This document shows positions 39,992 to 50,790 of a stretch of 64,000 nucleotides of DNA, piece after piece (the first letter of the stretch is position 1; each line of letters opens with the position of its first letter). Made by a program: the position numbers and the translations under genes. This DNA comes from Candidatus Enterousia sp. (GTDB lineage: Bacteria; Pseudomonadota; Alphaproteobacteria; Rs-D84): contig JAZLBQ010000026.1 of NCBI GenBank assembly GCA_045613785.1, positions 80,677 to 144,676 on the forward strand, given 5' to 3'. A model generated the notes under the pieces. That model worked only from the letters and a program-made list of their open reading frames with translations. It did not search any database and was not told the origin of the DNA.

Positions 39992-41017
39992 ATGTTTTCA
40001 ATATCCAGAATTGCGATTCTTGTGGCAATGGTTGCGGTCTTGCCACTTTCTGCGAATGCGTATCAGTATGACACAGGAAGATTTTCCTTTCGTTTAACAG
40101 GTTATGGCACCAGTGGTGTTATAAATCCGGATTTTGATTCATCACTGTTTATCGGAGATTGGCGTGTTCGCACTCAGATGACTGTTGCGGCAACTGATGA
40201 TTTGAAGATAGGTGCGGTTTATGCTCTGGATCAGGCCGCACTGGATAAAGGAAACTTTTCCCGTGAAACGTTTGCATATTTAGAATCACGTCAATACGGT
40301 CGCATTGAATTAGGCTGGACAGATTCCATTGCACGTAAATTGGGGGTAGGGTTGCCAGACGTTGGTGGTTTGCGTATAAATGACCGTCCATTATTTAACG
40401 AGAAAATTATCCCAGACGGCCCTGTGATTCCTGATACGACACTGACATCTGGCCGCAATGCACCACGAATAAATGTTGTTTCTGCACCGTCTGATGGGGT
40501 TCAGTATGGTTTATCTGCTTCTCTCTTTGCGACTGACTATGATTATGCGCTGGATGCAGGTCTTAAAATCCGTCGTCCATCTGGCAAGGTTAAAACAGCA
40601 TATTCATTAGGATTATCGTTTATGGACAATCCCAACGGTTTTGACCCAGAAGTATATACCCCGGCTGTCACTGCTGATTGGCGTGCCCAGATGTCGATTG
40701 GTATGAATTTGCAGTATAACAGCATTGTTTGGGGAACAACAGGCCGTATAATTTATGACCGCAATCCTGTGGGCGAAGTTTCTGATGGTTTTGTTGTTGG
40801 CACAGGCGTCAGTTATGACCTGTTGCGATACAGTATATCATTGACCTATATGTTATCTGATACAGGCGTATGGCAGAAAGAAATTGAAAACTTTATCGAC
40901 CATATGGCGATTGCGTCATTTCGATATAAATATAATGAATTTGTTGATATCTGGATGTCTGGCGGTATAACATCTCAGACTCCATTTGTATCAGCGGGTC
41001 TTCGTTTTAGTTTTTAA
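39992..41017 (+). CDS. Outer membrane porin
   Basis: Signal peptide, YGRIELG, amphipathic beta strands and C-terminal GLRFSF. Confidence 0.8.
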   Translation: MFSISRIAILVAMVAVLPLSANAYQYDTGRFSFRLTGYGTSGVINPDFDSSLFIGDWRVRTQMTVAATDDLKIGAVYALDQAALDKGNFSRETFAYLESRQYGRIELGWTDSIARKLGVGLPDVGGLRINDRPLFNEKIIPDGPVIPDTTLTSGRNAPRINVVSAPSDGVQYGLSASLFATDYDYALDAGLKIRRPSGKVKTAYSLGLSFMDNPNGFDPEVYTPAVTADWRAQMSIGMNLQYNSIVWGTTGRIIYDRNPVGEVSDGFVVGTGVSYDLLRYSISLTYMLSDTGVWQKEIENFIDHMAIASFRYKYNEFVDIWMSGGITSQTPFVSAGLRFSF

Positions 41018-41022
41018 AAAAT

Positions 41023-41038
41023 CCCACCAAATGGTGGG
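41023..41038. terminator. Bidirectional terminator between the porin and rlmN
   Basis: CCCACC-AAAT-GGTGGG with A and T flanks. Confidence 0.8.
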
Positions 41039-41044
41039 TTTTTT

Positions 41045-42151
41045 TTAATGTTTGTTTTTTGCGTTATTTAGTCTTAATTGTCCACAGGCTGACCCGATAT
41101 CTGTTCCACGTTCACGTCGGATACGTGTATGAATACCATTTTTAATTAAAATATCCTGGAATCTGTGAACAGCATTTCCCGAAAGTCCTGCAAAGTCCCG
41201 TTCATCAACTGCGTTCCAAGGGATAAGATTTACCATACAGTTTTTGCCACTCAAAATTTCGGACAATTTTTCTGCGTATTCTGGTGTAGCGTTATATAAT
41301 TGAGTTTCTCCATTATCGTCTTTTTTACCCAGCAAAATGTATTCTATCATCAACTGACGATTATGATTGTCTGTGAAACGCCAAGCAGCGTCCAGGACTT
41401 CGCTCAATTTATACTTGTTATTGATAGGCATAATTTGACTGCGTAATTCATCGGTTGGTGCGTGCAGCGAAATAGCCAAGTTTATTGGTCGTCCCCATTC
41501 AATCAGTCTGTCAATTCCCGGCACGATTCCACATGTTGAAACAGTAATCTTACGCCAACCGATACCCATTTCACTGTTAGCCCGTTCGATAAAGCCGATA
41601 ACATTTTCTGTGTTTTGCAATGGTTCACCAGTCCCCATAACAACAATGTGTGAAACATCGCCATTGTTTGCATCACCATTTGGTCGAATAGGTTTGTCGC
41701 TAAATTTATCGCTTCTCAGTTCCCACTGTGCCACCAGAATCTGCGAATAAATTTCATTAGTTGTTAAATTGCGTTTTAATCCCAACAAAGTGCTGGCACA
41801 GAACTTACAACCCATCGCACACCCAGCCTGAGAACTAACACAAACGCTGTTTCCGTATGTTGTTCGCATCAGAACGCATTCGATTTGTTCCCCATCGTCC
41901 AGTTCTAACAAGAATTTAGTTGTTTCGCCGTCTGCCGATTCTAATTTTTTCACAATTTTAACAGGCAACGTTCTTGCGTTTTCATTCAGTTCATCACGCA
42001 ATTTTTCTGGTAAATTTTTCATCACAGAAAAATCTGGTGCACCACGATTTAGCCATTCACGCACCTGCTTTGCCCGAAACTTTGGCTGTCCCAAATCGGT
42101 TATATATTTTTCTAGTTCTGCATCAGTCCAGTTAAATAAAATCGGTTTCAT
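41045..42151 (-). CDS. rlmN: Dual-specificity RNA methyltransferase RlmN
   Basis: CVSSQAGCAMGCKFC, MGTGEP, ISLHA and ACGQL. Confidence 0.96.
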   Translation of the reverse strand: MKPILFNWTDAELEKYITDLGQPKFRAKQVREWLNRGAPDFSVMKNLPEKLRDELNENARTLPVKIVKKLESADGETTKFLLELDDGEQIECVLMRTTYGNSVCVSSQAGCAMGCKFCASTLLGLKRNLTTNEIYSQILVAQWELRSDKFSDKPIRPNGDANNGDVSHIVVMGTGEPLQNTENVIGFIERANSEMGIGWRKITVSTCGIVPGIDRLIEWGRPINLAISLHAPTDELRSQIMPINNKYKLSEVLDAAWRFTDNHNRQLMIEYILLGKKDDNGETQLYNATPEYAEKLSEILSGKNCMVNLIPWNAVDERDFAGLSGNAVHRFQDILIKNGIHTRIRRERGTDIGSACGQLRLNNAKNKH

Positions 42152-42975
42152 AGTTTATATCTGCTATCGTTTATAACAATGACGGCCTTGCGACGCAGTT
42201 GTTTTAACTGTTGGTCGGCCTGGAACATCGCTTGTTTGTATGTTGTGTTTTGTTTAATAACATCGTCCAGATTTTTATATTCATCTGTCTTTTTTGTGCT
42301 GCATACCAGCAACACGGAATTATTTTCTAGTTTTGACCATGTCAGCACAGGCAATCCTACAACTCTTTCACGAACATCAGCGGACAGTTCATATTGCTTT
42401 GCTGTAAATTTCTGCGGAATGCCACCTAAATCTTCGGCCATTTTAGTAGCCGCTTCACAGGACTTTGGTTTAGTCAGTTTGCTTGCGACATCTGCTGGGA
42501 TGTCTGTCAGTCGAACAATAGTCATCTCAATCGGCAGTCCATGTTCCCGTTCCAGACTTTGTTTTTCATTTTTTATATCTTCTGCCTGAATATCCAGTGT
42601 TGGCATAATTGTTCGTGCTACAATAATCTGCCATGCGATTTCTGCCCGCAAGGCACTTTTTGCCATTTCTTTTTCAGCGGTTGACAGTTCTCCCAAATTC
42701 ATTTTTTTCAGTTCTTTATCAACTACATCATCGTCAGGGACTGCGTTAAAGTTTTGTGCATAAGCCAACTTTACATTGTCGTCGATAATATTTTGCAGTG
42801 CCACACGTCGATTGTCTGTGCCGGTATAGCCCTGTTTAGTCATCAGTTTTGTTCGCATTGTGATATCTGTATCTGTAATAGGCGTTCCATTTACAGACGC
42901 TACGACACTGGCGGCAAACCCTGGTGTAATTCCCAGCATTGCGAACAAAACAGCAAAAGATTTAAGTTTTAACAT
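42148..42975 (-). CDS. SurA-like periplasmic chaperone (short)
   Basis: VASVNGTPIT..D and C-terminal LKQLRRKAVI; follows lptD. Confidence 0.75.
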   Translation of the reverse strand: MLKLKSFAVLFAMLGITPGFAASVVASVNGTPITDTDITMRTKLMTKQGYTGTDNRRVALQNIIDDNVKLAYAQNFNAVPDDDVVDKELKKMNLGELSTAEKEMAKSALRAEIAWQIIVARTIMPTLDIQAEDIKNEKQSLEREHGLPIEMTIVRLTDIPADVASKLTKPKSCEAATKMAEDLGGIPQKFTAKQYELSADVRERVVGLPVLTWSKLENNSVLLVCSTKKTDEYKNLDDVIKQNTTYKQAMFQADQQLKQLRRKAVIVINDSRYKL

Positions 42976-42993
42976 CTCTCTTTCCTTAGGGTT

Positions 42994-45009
42994 TTAATAT
43001 TCCTGGCCATTGATTGCCATACCGAATCTGAATTGGAACGTTGTTGTTCCGACATAGTCTTCTTTGATTGCGTTATCACGTCTGTATTCCACAGACAGAT
43101 AATAGCATGGGTGCGAATAAAAGAATCCGCCAGTATGTCGCTGGAATTGTCCTTGTTCCATATTATAAATTGCGTTCCAACGCACGGCCCATCTGTCTGT
43201 CAGTTGTAATCCTGCACCAACGATAGCTTCGTTTATATCGGTGTTTTCTGTCAGATCATCACTAAGATTTTGTGACCAGATATGCCCGATATTGAAAAAG
43301 TTTTTTGCACTTCCGATTCTGGCAGATGTTTCCATATGACGCAGTGCCAAATCGTCTTGGTTTAATCTGAATCTGGACGCAACGTTCAACCATTTCATAT
43401 TGTTATAACTAATCCGCCCGACATAGTCTGACAGTCCTTTGTGAAAACCGCTGTTCAAATCACTTTGCAGTTTATCATTAAAGTCATAAGACTGCCCCAG
43501 GAAAATTTCCACATTTGTTCCTTCTTCGTTGAATGCGGCCCAACGAAGACCATAGTCTACATATTTTCCATTTTCCCAAACGTCCAGTCCTGAAAATCGA
43601 TTGTCTGAAAACAGTGTTGAATCTGTCAAAATAGTTCCAGCAGAATCATTGTTTTCTGCAAAGACTTCATTGTCCAAATGTCGCATAACAGTGATTCTAG
43701 CACGTGGTTCTATAATTTGTGTCCAGTTATTAGAAGGCTTGAATAATGGCAGTCCCCATTCTAAATATCCGCTTGGCAAAAAGCGATTTTTCATACCAGA
43801 AAACACTTCGCCGCCCACCATTTCTGTATTATCAAAATGATACAAGTCATATCGTGCTGAAACACTGGCGGTCAGTCTGTTGCCACCCCACAATGTCCAC
43901 GGTGTAGTCAGACGTGCATCACCAATCATACGTTGTGCAGCAGTCCCGTCACCTGAAATTCCCAAAACGTCGGCACTGAATGTTGCATACGTTTCGCCGA
44001 ACAGCGGTGCGGTCTGATGAACGGCACGTATATTTGGTAAAATATTACCATCTGGGGTATTTTGGTTTCCTGTGCTATCACGCAGTTCCTGGAATATGTG
44101 TGCATCTGCTACGACATAACTGCTTTGTCCAAACAGTTCCAGTTTTGCGCCAGAATCCAAATATGGCTGATCATCATAGAACCCATATTTTTGCAAATAA
44201 GTTTTATCTGACGCACGTTCCAAGAACACAGTTGCACGTGCATATTCGCCCAGTTCAATAACATCATTATTAAAAATATGCCAGCGATTTTCGCCTTCAC
44301 GATTATGGGTAAAAGATGCACTTGTTCTGTATTCAGAATGAGGGGCATTTAATCTATGTTCGACTTGGAACAGTGGATTTTCCTGGGTCAGATATGAAAA
44401 AGTCCACGTCATATCATGTGTATCAGACAGTGATATATACAGTGGGAGATTTATCTGAGTTCCCATTTTATTTGTTGATGCAAAATCAGGCATTAAAAAA
44501 CCTGTTTTATATTTTACACCTGGGTCAGGCATTTCAAAGTAAGGCAACCATAAAACCGGAATATCATATGTCCGCAGCACCGGGCTGTAAAAACTAAGCA
44601 TACGAGTATCCATATCGTGGACAATTTTATAAGTTGAAATTTTCCAAGCGTCCCCGTATGCATCGCAATCATCGCATGCGGTAAAAGTAGCCTCTCTAGC
44701 GATTGTTAAATCACCTTTTCTGGTAATGTTGTCAGATTCAACATAAACGTGATTTCCCAGCCACAGTTTAATATCATTTCCAGACAGTTCGTCGCCTTGC
44801 TGTGTAATATATGAATCTTTCAGTGTCAATCGCTGTCCAGATTGATTTACGATTTCTGTATTCCCCAGTGTTTTAATAGATTCAGTCTTTACGTCATATT
44901 CAATTTTATCGGCAGTTATAGTCCGTGCTTCGTTCATATCAACAGACAATGCCACCGCATAACTTGTGGTGGCTGCCATAATCGTCAAAAATCCATAAAA
45001 CTTTTTCAT
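42994..45009 (-). CDS. lptD: LPS assembly protein LptD
   Basis: ITADKIEYD, FTACDDC, TGFLMP, IEPR, DNRFSGLD..E.G and a C-terminal barrel. Confidence 0.92.
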   Translation of the reverse strand: MKKFYGFLTIMAATTSYAVALSVDMNEARTITADKIEYDVKTESIKTLGNTEIVNQSGQRLTLKDSYITQQGDELSGNDIKLWLGNHVYVESDNITRKGDLTIAREATFTACDDCDAYGDAWKISTYKIVHDMDTRMLSFYSPVLRTYDIPVLWLPYFEMPDPGVKYKTGFLMPDFASTNKMGTQINLPLYISLSDTHDMTWTFSYLTQENPLFQVEHRLNAPHSEYRTSASFTHNREGENRWHIFNNDVIELGEYARATVFLERASDKTYLQKYGFYDDQPYLDSGAKLELFGQSSYVVADAHIFQELRDSTGNQNTPDGNILPNIRAVHQTAPLFGETYATFSADVLGISGDGTAAQRMIGDARLTTPWTLWGGNRLTASVSARYDLYHFDNTEMVGGEVFSGMKNRFLPSGYLEWGLPLFKPSNNWTQIIEPRARITVMRHLDNEVFAENNDSAGTILTDSTLFSDNRFSGLDVWENGKYVDYGLRWAAFNEEGTNVEIFLGQSYDFNDKLQSDLNSGFHKGLSDYVGRISYNNMKWLNVASRFRLNQDDLALRHMETSARIGSAKNFFNIGHIWSQNLSDDLTENTDINEAIVGAGLQLTDRWAVRWNAIYNMEQGQFQRHTGGFFYSHPCYYLSVEYRRDNAIKEDYVGTTTFQFRFGMAINGQEY

Positions 45010-46061
45010 TTTTTTGCCAACGCCATCAATATCCCTGCCAGTAATAGTCCCAACCCTACGGCCAGCATACCGAACTGAGTTAAACTGCCTATCATATTAG
45101 AAGCCGACATATACAACGCCATAACCCCTGCCATTGCCGCCACTGCAACCATAGGTGCAAAACTAGTTCTTCTGCGTAACAGCGAAGATTTTAGTAAAAT
45201 GACAGCACACAAAGCCGCTAAAATTATATTCATAATTGGCGACAAGAAACGATTACACAATTCAGTCAGAATCATTTTATGTTGTTTTTTTGTTTCAGCA
45301 TCAAATGCAATTTTTACTAAATCTTTGGTTGGGATTCTTCGAACACGGAACGAAGTGTTTTCTTTATCTACAACGTTCAAGTCCATATCAAAGGTTTCAA
45401 AAGTTCCTGTTACCATTGTTTCGCCACTAGCCTGCAACGAGCCATTTGTCATAACCAGTGATAATCCACGGATTGTTGAAACTAATTTACCTTTTTCTGC
45501 AAAAATCATACTAGGTGCATCTCTATCACGCATATCGGACAACATAACCTGGCTTAAATCATATCCTGAAACCTTGTCAACATATACGACCAATCCATCA
45601 GAAATTTCTGTAAAAGCACTTTCTTGTAATTTCATATGTGCCATACCGTATTGCAGATTCCATTGTGTATCATAGAACAGCGATTGTGATTTAGGCACAA
45701 TCCAAACATTCAACGCCAAATTCAACAAGGTCAACACGATACCCAATCCTAATGCAGGTTTTGCAATTTGTTTGGGCGACAAACCGGATGCTGCCATAAC
45801 AGTGATTTCATTGTCAGAAATCATTTTGTTATACACGAAAATAACAGCAATGAAACAGACGAACGGAACGATAATAGACGCAATAAAAGGAATCATCAAT
45901 GCGGTCAATCCCAAGAAACTGCCCACATCAATTCCGTATTTCAATAAAAACTTCATCATTGACATAATTTGCATCATCCACGCCAGTCCTGTCAGCACCA
46001 GCATCAGCATTACAAATATTGCAATCAGTTGTTTTATAAAATATCTGTTTAAAATCTTCAT
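45006..46061 (-). CDS. lptF: LPS export permease, LptF/LptG family
   Basis: ILNRY, DNEITVMAASGLS and six TMs; start at ATG 46061. Confidence 0.85.
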   Translation of the reverse strand: MKILNRYFIKQLIAIFVMLMLVLTGLAWMMQIMSMMKFLLKYGIDVGSFLGLTALMIPFIASIIVPFVCFIAVIFVYNKMISDNEITVMAASGLSPKQIAKPALGLGIVLTLLNLALNVWIVPKSQSLFYDTQWNLQYGMAHMKLQESAFTEISDGLVVYVDKVSGYDLSQVMLSDMRDRDAPSMIFAEKGKLVSTIRGLSLVMTNGSLQASGETMVTGTFETFDMDLNVVDKENTSFRVRRIPTKDLVKIAFDAETKKQHKMILTELCNRFLSPIMNIILAALCAVILLKSSLLRRRTSFAPMVAVAAMAGVMALYMSASNMIGSLTQFGMLAVGLGLLLAGILMALAKK

Positions 46062-46147
46062 ACTGTTCAGTATAAAATATAACTTTTCCCTTTTCAAGAC
46101 TTGTGTGCGGACTTTTATTCTATAAAAAATCCCCCGACAAGGGGGCT

Positions 46148-46831
46148 TTACCGTGCAGGTGCAATTCGCAATTCAACCCGTCGATTAGTAAGGCGGCCAA
46201 TATCATCTTGTGCTGCGATTGGTCGTGCAGATCCACGCCCAACGATAAACAACCTTGTTGTATTTATGCCTTTTTCAGAAAAATAGACCCCGACACGCTG
46301 TGCCATATCCAATGATAATGCGTTTGCAGCATTTGTATCACGCATTGCATCTGTATAACCAGCGATTTCGATAAATGTAGCGTTGTATTTTTTCAAGATT
46401 TTTACGATTGTATTCAGTGTATCATCGCCTGTGATAGAAATGTCTGCGATATTCAGTTCCATAATCGCATCACGAACTAAAATAACTACAACGTCTGTTC
46501 CTGCACGCTGAACAGAAATTCCTGGTTTTCTCAGTGCGTCATATAACGCAAATTCCAGTTCTGCCATATATTTTGTTGCTATTGCATTGTCGTTTGCAAT
46601 TTTGTCGCCATATTCCATTTCGTCAGGCACCTTGACAGTTCCAGAAATCAATTCTCCGCCCGCTCCCAGATAAACAGGTCGCTTTGCCACCCTTGACATT
46701 TCGGTCATATCTGTAAAACTTGCCCCATTTAAATAATTGCCCCAGGTATATCTAGGCGGGCTAGAATAAGGTGCACACGCCACAGTGGCACACGACAAAC
46801 AAAATAATAAAAATAAGTTCTTTAACTTCAT
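46148..46831 (-). CDS. OmpA-family lipoprotein
   Basis: Lipobox TVAC, IAGYTD...N.LS..A..V and NRRVELRI. Confidence 0.85.
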   Translation of the reverse strand: MKLKNLFLLFCLSCATVACAPYSSPPRYTWGNYLNGASFTDMTEMSRVAKRPVYLGAGGELISGTVKVPDEMEYGDKIANDNAIATKYMAELEFALYDALRKPGISVQRAGTDVVVILVRDAIMELNIADISITGDDTLNTIVKILKKYNATFIEIAGYTDAMRDTNAANALSLDMAQRVGVYFSEKGINTTRLFIVGRGSARPIAAQDDIGRLTNRRVELRIAPAR

Positions 46832-47290
46832 TTATTCAATGACAAACGCAACCTGATTTGTGTTTGAATCAAAACAATTATCTGTCAGTCCTGTTTCAAA
46901 ACCGTTTACCAGCATTGCGGTTGCCCATTTTGGTTGTTTTGCAGAAAAATATTCACATTCATCTGACGATAAATCGACCAGATTTATTGAAAAAGTTTTT
47001 CCATCTGCACTGGATTCGACAGACCAGTTATCGCCACCCAATGGTGCTTTATCAGATTGCAACGCACCTGCTTTTATCAGATAGTCAATAGAAACCCCCT
47101 CATAAGTGCCACGCATTTCCAGCAACAGTTTTGTGTTTTGTGCGATTTGTTCCAATTCTGCATCAGCAATGGTTCGGATTTGGTTTGCTCGTATCATATT
47201 ATATATACCCAAACTAGCGACCGTCATAACCCCGGCGATTGCCATAACACCGATAACTTCGATTAAAGAGCGTCCAGATTCATTGTTCAT
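46832..47290 (-). CDS. Type IV pilin-like protein (PilS-like)
   Basis: Class III signal MNNESG|RSLIEVIGVMAIAGV, C-terminal AP.GG..F.I.L..L...EC...C; the ATG overlaps the dnaX stop. Confidence 0.8.
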   Translation of the reverse strand: MNNESGRSLIEVIGVMAIAGVMTVASLGIYNMIRANQIRTIADAELEQIAQNTKLLLEMRGTYEGVSIDYLIKAGALQSDKAPLGGDNWSVESSADGKTFSINLVDLSSDECEYFSAKQPKWATAMLVNGFETGLTDNCFDSNTNQVAFVIE

Positions 47291-48870
47291 TATTTTACCC
47301 CCACTATTTCTGCATTTTCGAACAGATTCATTGCACTTGCGACCAATGGGTCTGCTTCTAATTCTTCTTGTTTTTGTTCGCTGAAAGTATGCGTATGGAC
47401 AGATTCTGTTGCACGTTCCAATGCCCATTGTTTGCCTGTTTTATCGAACAGCCACGCACCCAGTTTGTGTGCAAAGTCTGCATCGCCCTTGCGGTCAAAG
47501 TATTTAATTTTACCGTCTTCAAACTCTGCAATTTCAATATTAGCACTGTAATAAGAATACAATAAAATTTCCTTGGTTTCTTGCAAGGCGGTCGCTAAAT
47601 CATTTGCAGACTTGATTACACGAAAATTCTTTTGTTCTGTTGCTTGGCTTGGTTGTGCTGATGGGGTTGCCCCTTGTGCCATACGGTCTGCAAAGATATT
47701 TTTTACTTCACGCACCCGATTAGCAGATTCTTGTTGTTTAATGATTTCTGGGATTGATGGCATATCTGCAATATGCATCATTCGCACCACCAGCATATCA
47801 AAACACTGTTTTTGGTTGCCAGTCGCTTGCATTTCTGGCACAGCTGCCACCATAACCTGCCAAATTCTGGACAGTGTATTTACAGAAATCCGTCCGTTCA
47901 AATTTTGAATTTGATCACGTTGGTCGGCGGTATAAGGTGAATTTGTAACATTGCCGGCATGCAGTGCTGGGTGCATACGTGTTGCCCAATGTGTCCATTC
48001 CATCATATCTGTCAGCAACATAGATAAATCAGCACCGTTATTATAAATCTCGTCAACTTTTTCCAGTGCGGCGGCAGTGTCTCCTGATAACAGTATTTTC
48101 ATAAAGTCAACGACCACAGCCCTGTCAGCACGTTTTAACATATCTAAAACAGCTTTTTCATCGACTTTGCCACCTGTTTGTGCGATTGCCTGATCCAGCA
48201 AGGACAAACCATCACGCACAGACCCGTCAGCCGCCCGTGCCAGTAATTCGTTTGCTTCATCACTCAGTTCGATATTTTCGTTTTCTGCAATCCAGGCGAA
48301 GTGCTTTTTTAATGTGTCAACTGGCACACGCACCAAATCAAAACGCTGGCAGCGTGAAAGGATTGTTACAGGCACTTTTCTAATTTCAGTTGTTGCCAGG
48401 ATAAAAATAACATGTGCTGGTGGTTCTTCCAGTGTTTTCAACAAAGCGTTAAATGCCGATATTGATAACATATGAACTTCGTCGATGATGTAAACACGAT
48501 ATCTGCCGTTTGTTGGTCTGTATTGTGCACCGTCCAGGATATCACGCATATTGTCAACACCTGTATGTGAAGCAGCGTCAATTTCCATAACGTCAATATG
48601 CTGACCTGCGGCAATAGCCCGACAATTTTCGCATTTGCCACATGGTGTTGCGGTTGCCTTGTCCCCAGACAGACAGTTCAAAGCCTTGGCCAAGATACGT
48701 GCCGTGCTGGTTTTACCCGTTCCACGGATACCAGTGAAAATATAAGCATGTGCAATACGTGAAGTATTGATTGCGGTTGTTAGTGTTTTGACTAATACGT
48801 CTTGACCGATAAGAGATTTAAAATCCTGACTGCGATATTTGCGTGCTAGAACTGTATAATTGTTTTCCAT
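47290..48870 (-). CDS. dnaX: DNA polymerase III subunit gamma/tau
   Basis: LARKYR, GIRGTGKT, a Zn site, EIDAAS, IIDEVHML and SRCQRF; start at ATG 48870. Confidence 0.96.
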   Translation of the reverse strand: MENNYTVLARKYRSQDFKSLIGQDVLVKTLTTAINTSRIAHAYIFTGIRGTGKTSTARILAKALNCLSGDKATATPCGKCENCRAIAAGQHIDVMEIDAASHTGVDNMRDILDGAQYRPTNGRYRVYIIDEVHMLSISAFNALLKTLEEPPAHVIFILATTEIRKVPVTILSRCQRFDLVRVPVDTLKKHFAWIAENENIELSDEANELLARAADGSVRDGLSLLDQAIAQTGGKVDEKAVLDMLKRADRAVVVDFMKILLSGDTAAALEKVDEIYNNGADLSMLLTDMMEWTHWATRMHPALHAGNVTNSPYTADQRDQIQNLNGRISVNTLSRIWQVMVAAVPEMQATGNQKQCFDMLVVRMMHIADMPSIPEIIKQQESANRVREVKNIFADRMAQGATPSAQPSQATEQKNFRVIKSANDLATALQETKEILLYSYYSANIEIAEFEDGKIKYFDRKGDADFAHKLGAWLFDKTGKQWALERATESVHTHTFSEQKQEELEADPLVASAMNLFENAEIVGVK

Positions 48871-48923
48871 AATAACCAACTTCCTTTTAGAACCAGCATA
48901 GCAAAACATCGTGAAATTTCAAC

Positions 48924-48955
48924 AAATAAAACGCACCCAAAAGTGCGTTTTATTT
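48924..48955 (-). terminator. Intrinsic terminator
   Basis: AAATAAAACGCAC-CCAAAA-GTGCGTTTTATTT. Confidence 0.75.
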
Positions 48956-48957
48956 AA

Positions 48958-49290
48958 TTATTTCAGGTTAGTAATAAAGTCTGGGAATCCAGGATCGTCA
49001 TCGTCCTGGGAATCGGCACCTTCTGAATCAGATTCTGTTTCAGCCTGTGCAGCAATTTCATTTTCTGCCTGTGCTGTGGTCTTGTCTTTTGGATCACGTG
49101 TTGAATCAATTTTACCTTGTTCAGCGTTTACCATACGACCATAATGCTCTGCTGTTTGCAACAAGCGTTCACGTTCGATTTCGTCAGCGGTCTGGCGTGC
49201 TTGGTCGATATATTGTTTTCTTTTTTGCCGCCACTTGTGGCAACGCTGTATCATCTGTCCGACATTGGATTGATTTTTTTTGTTTTGCAT
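48958..49290 (-). CDS. DUF4167-like protein
   Basis: Y...AR...D..E.E..LQ.AEHY.R motif and acidic tail PDFI. Confidence 0.6.
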   Translation of the reverse strand: MQNKKNQSNVGQMIQRCHKWRQKRKQYIDQARQTADEIERERLLQTAEHYGRMVNAEQGKIDSTRDPKDKTTAQAENEIAAQAETESDSEGADSQDDDDPGFPDFITNLK

Positions 49291-49434
49291 ATCTTTTCTT
49301 TTTCAACAGGAAACAATCTTATAACAACTACTACTTTTGTTGTTATGCTTAACGATGTCAATATTAAAACAAGTTAAAACTGATTGCAATAATTTTTTTC
49401 TGTTGCTAACCTAAGGTTTGTAGGAGGATTTATT

Positions 49435-50790
49435 TTGCATCAAGAACGTGGAAATTTCTTACTTCAAGCCCTGTTGGCACTGGGGTTGATTTTTGCGTTT
49501 ATTCCATTTTTGACTCGCAATATTGCAGGGCGTGAATCTGATGCACGAATGTATTCTGCTACCCGTCAGGTTGATTTGGCTCAAACTGCTGCACGTATAT
49601 TTATTCGTGAAAATGCTCGTGATATACCGTATGAAACAACGGTTGTATCTGGAAATGATTTTTCTGATTTGCTAGAACCATATGGTTTACCGCTAGGTTT
49701 TGTTCCACGAACTGCACTGGGGCAAGATATATCTTTGGTAATGCATAAAACGCCGATGGCTGTTTCTGCATATATAGAATTGTCTGGGGGTAATTTGTCT
49801 GATGTTTCACGTGCTGAACTGGCACGTCGAATTGGTTTTTATGCAAATGTTGTTGAAGAAAGTGTTCGTATTGGAATTGAACTGACCGATATTTATTCTG
49901 ATGTTGTTCGCAGGAACGAGCCGAATTTTGACAACAGTGGATTTTTATCAGACCTTGATATGGGAAATTTTGTTTTAGATAATGTTGGGAACTTGTTTGC
50001 ATTAAACGGTGAATTTAAAGGCGCTGAATTTAACACATTGACTATTTCTGGAATTGAAAGTGGCCGTGATGCTACAAATGAAATCAAGATGATGTCTGCA
50101 GCCAAGGCAGTGTTTCAAAGTAAAACTGGTGAATCGGCATTGACTTTAACACGTGGCACGCTTTATGCAGACGGTGTTCAAACACGAACAATATCAAATT
50201 TTGGGGATACAGGAAATTTTGTTGCAGATGATGTTTCGCTGTATGAAATATCGATGACTGCTGGTCGCACTGCTTTTACAGGGCCTGGCGATTGGTTGGT
50301 TCATGGAAATGTTGTATCAAATCGTGTTAGTCTTAGTGTTGAACGCCTGGACGTTTCATCTTATATAAATGTAACTCGTGGTCAAGACGTTTATATTGAT
50401 GGTGAAACACTGGAATATAATTCTAAATCAGGGATAGAGGTTGGCACTCTTTACACATCGAACATAACATTGCGTGATCAAACATCAAACGCCCTAGATT
50501 CTGGCAAGGCAGGTTCTGTAATATTAGATATTCGACCAAATGGAACAACGATGCTGCCAGACGTTTGGCTAGAAAGTGTAAATAATGATGATTTTGAAAT
50601 TATAGATACACCATCTGTGGACGACGGTAAAACAGTTTCGTGCGAGTCTATAATAAAAAATTTCGAGGGTGCATATAATAAACAATCGCTTTCTCAATAC
50701 CTGATATGTCAGTATGTTTATTGGCAGCGTCTGGAAAAGCGTATAAATATCAAACAGTGTTTAATGGCAGGTGGCAGTGGCTGTATGTAA
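49435..50790 (+). CDS. PilV-like minor (tip) pilin 1, with Gln at position +5
   Basis: AGGAGG then TTG start; G|NFLLQALLALG; YGLP.GF....LGQ; DLDMGNF.L.NV. Confidence 0.65.
   Translation: MHQERGNFLLQALLALGLIFAFIPFLTRNIAGRESDARMYSATRQVDLAQTAARIFIRENARDIPYETTVVSGNDFSDLLEPYGLPLGFVPRTALGQDISLVMHKTPMAVSAYIELSGGNLSDVSRAELARRIGFYANVVEESVRIGIELTDIYSDVVRRNEPNFDNSGFLSDLDMGNFVLDNVGNLFALNGEFKGAEFNTLTISGIESGRDATNEIKMMSAAKAVFQSKTGESALTLTRGTLYADGVQTRTISNFGDTGNFVADDVSLYEISMTAGRTAFTGPGDWLVHGNVVSNRVSLSVERLDVSSYINVTRGQDVYIDGETLEYNSKSGIEVGTLYTSNITLRDQTSNALDSGKAGSVILDIRPNGTTMLPDVWLESVNNDDFEIIDTPSVDDGKTVSCESIIKNFEGAYNKQSLSQYLICQYVYWQRLEKRINIKQCLMAGGSGCM

Noticed and set aside
48871-48957. SRP RNA (ffs) upstream of dnaX
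   Set aside because: The gap is short, holds only a terminator hairpin, and lacks the SRP helix-8 motif.
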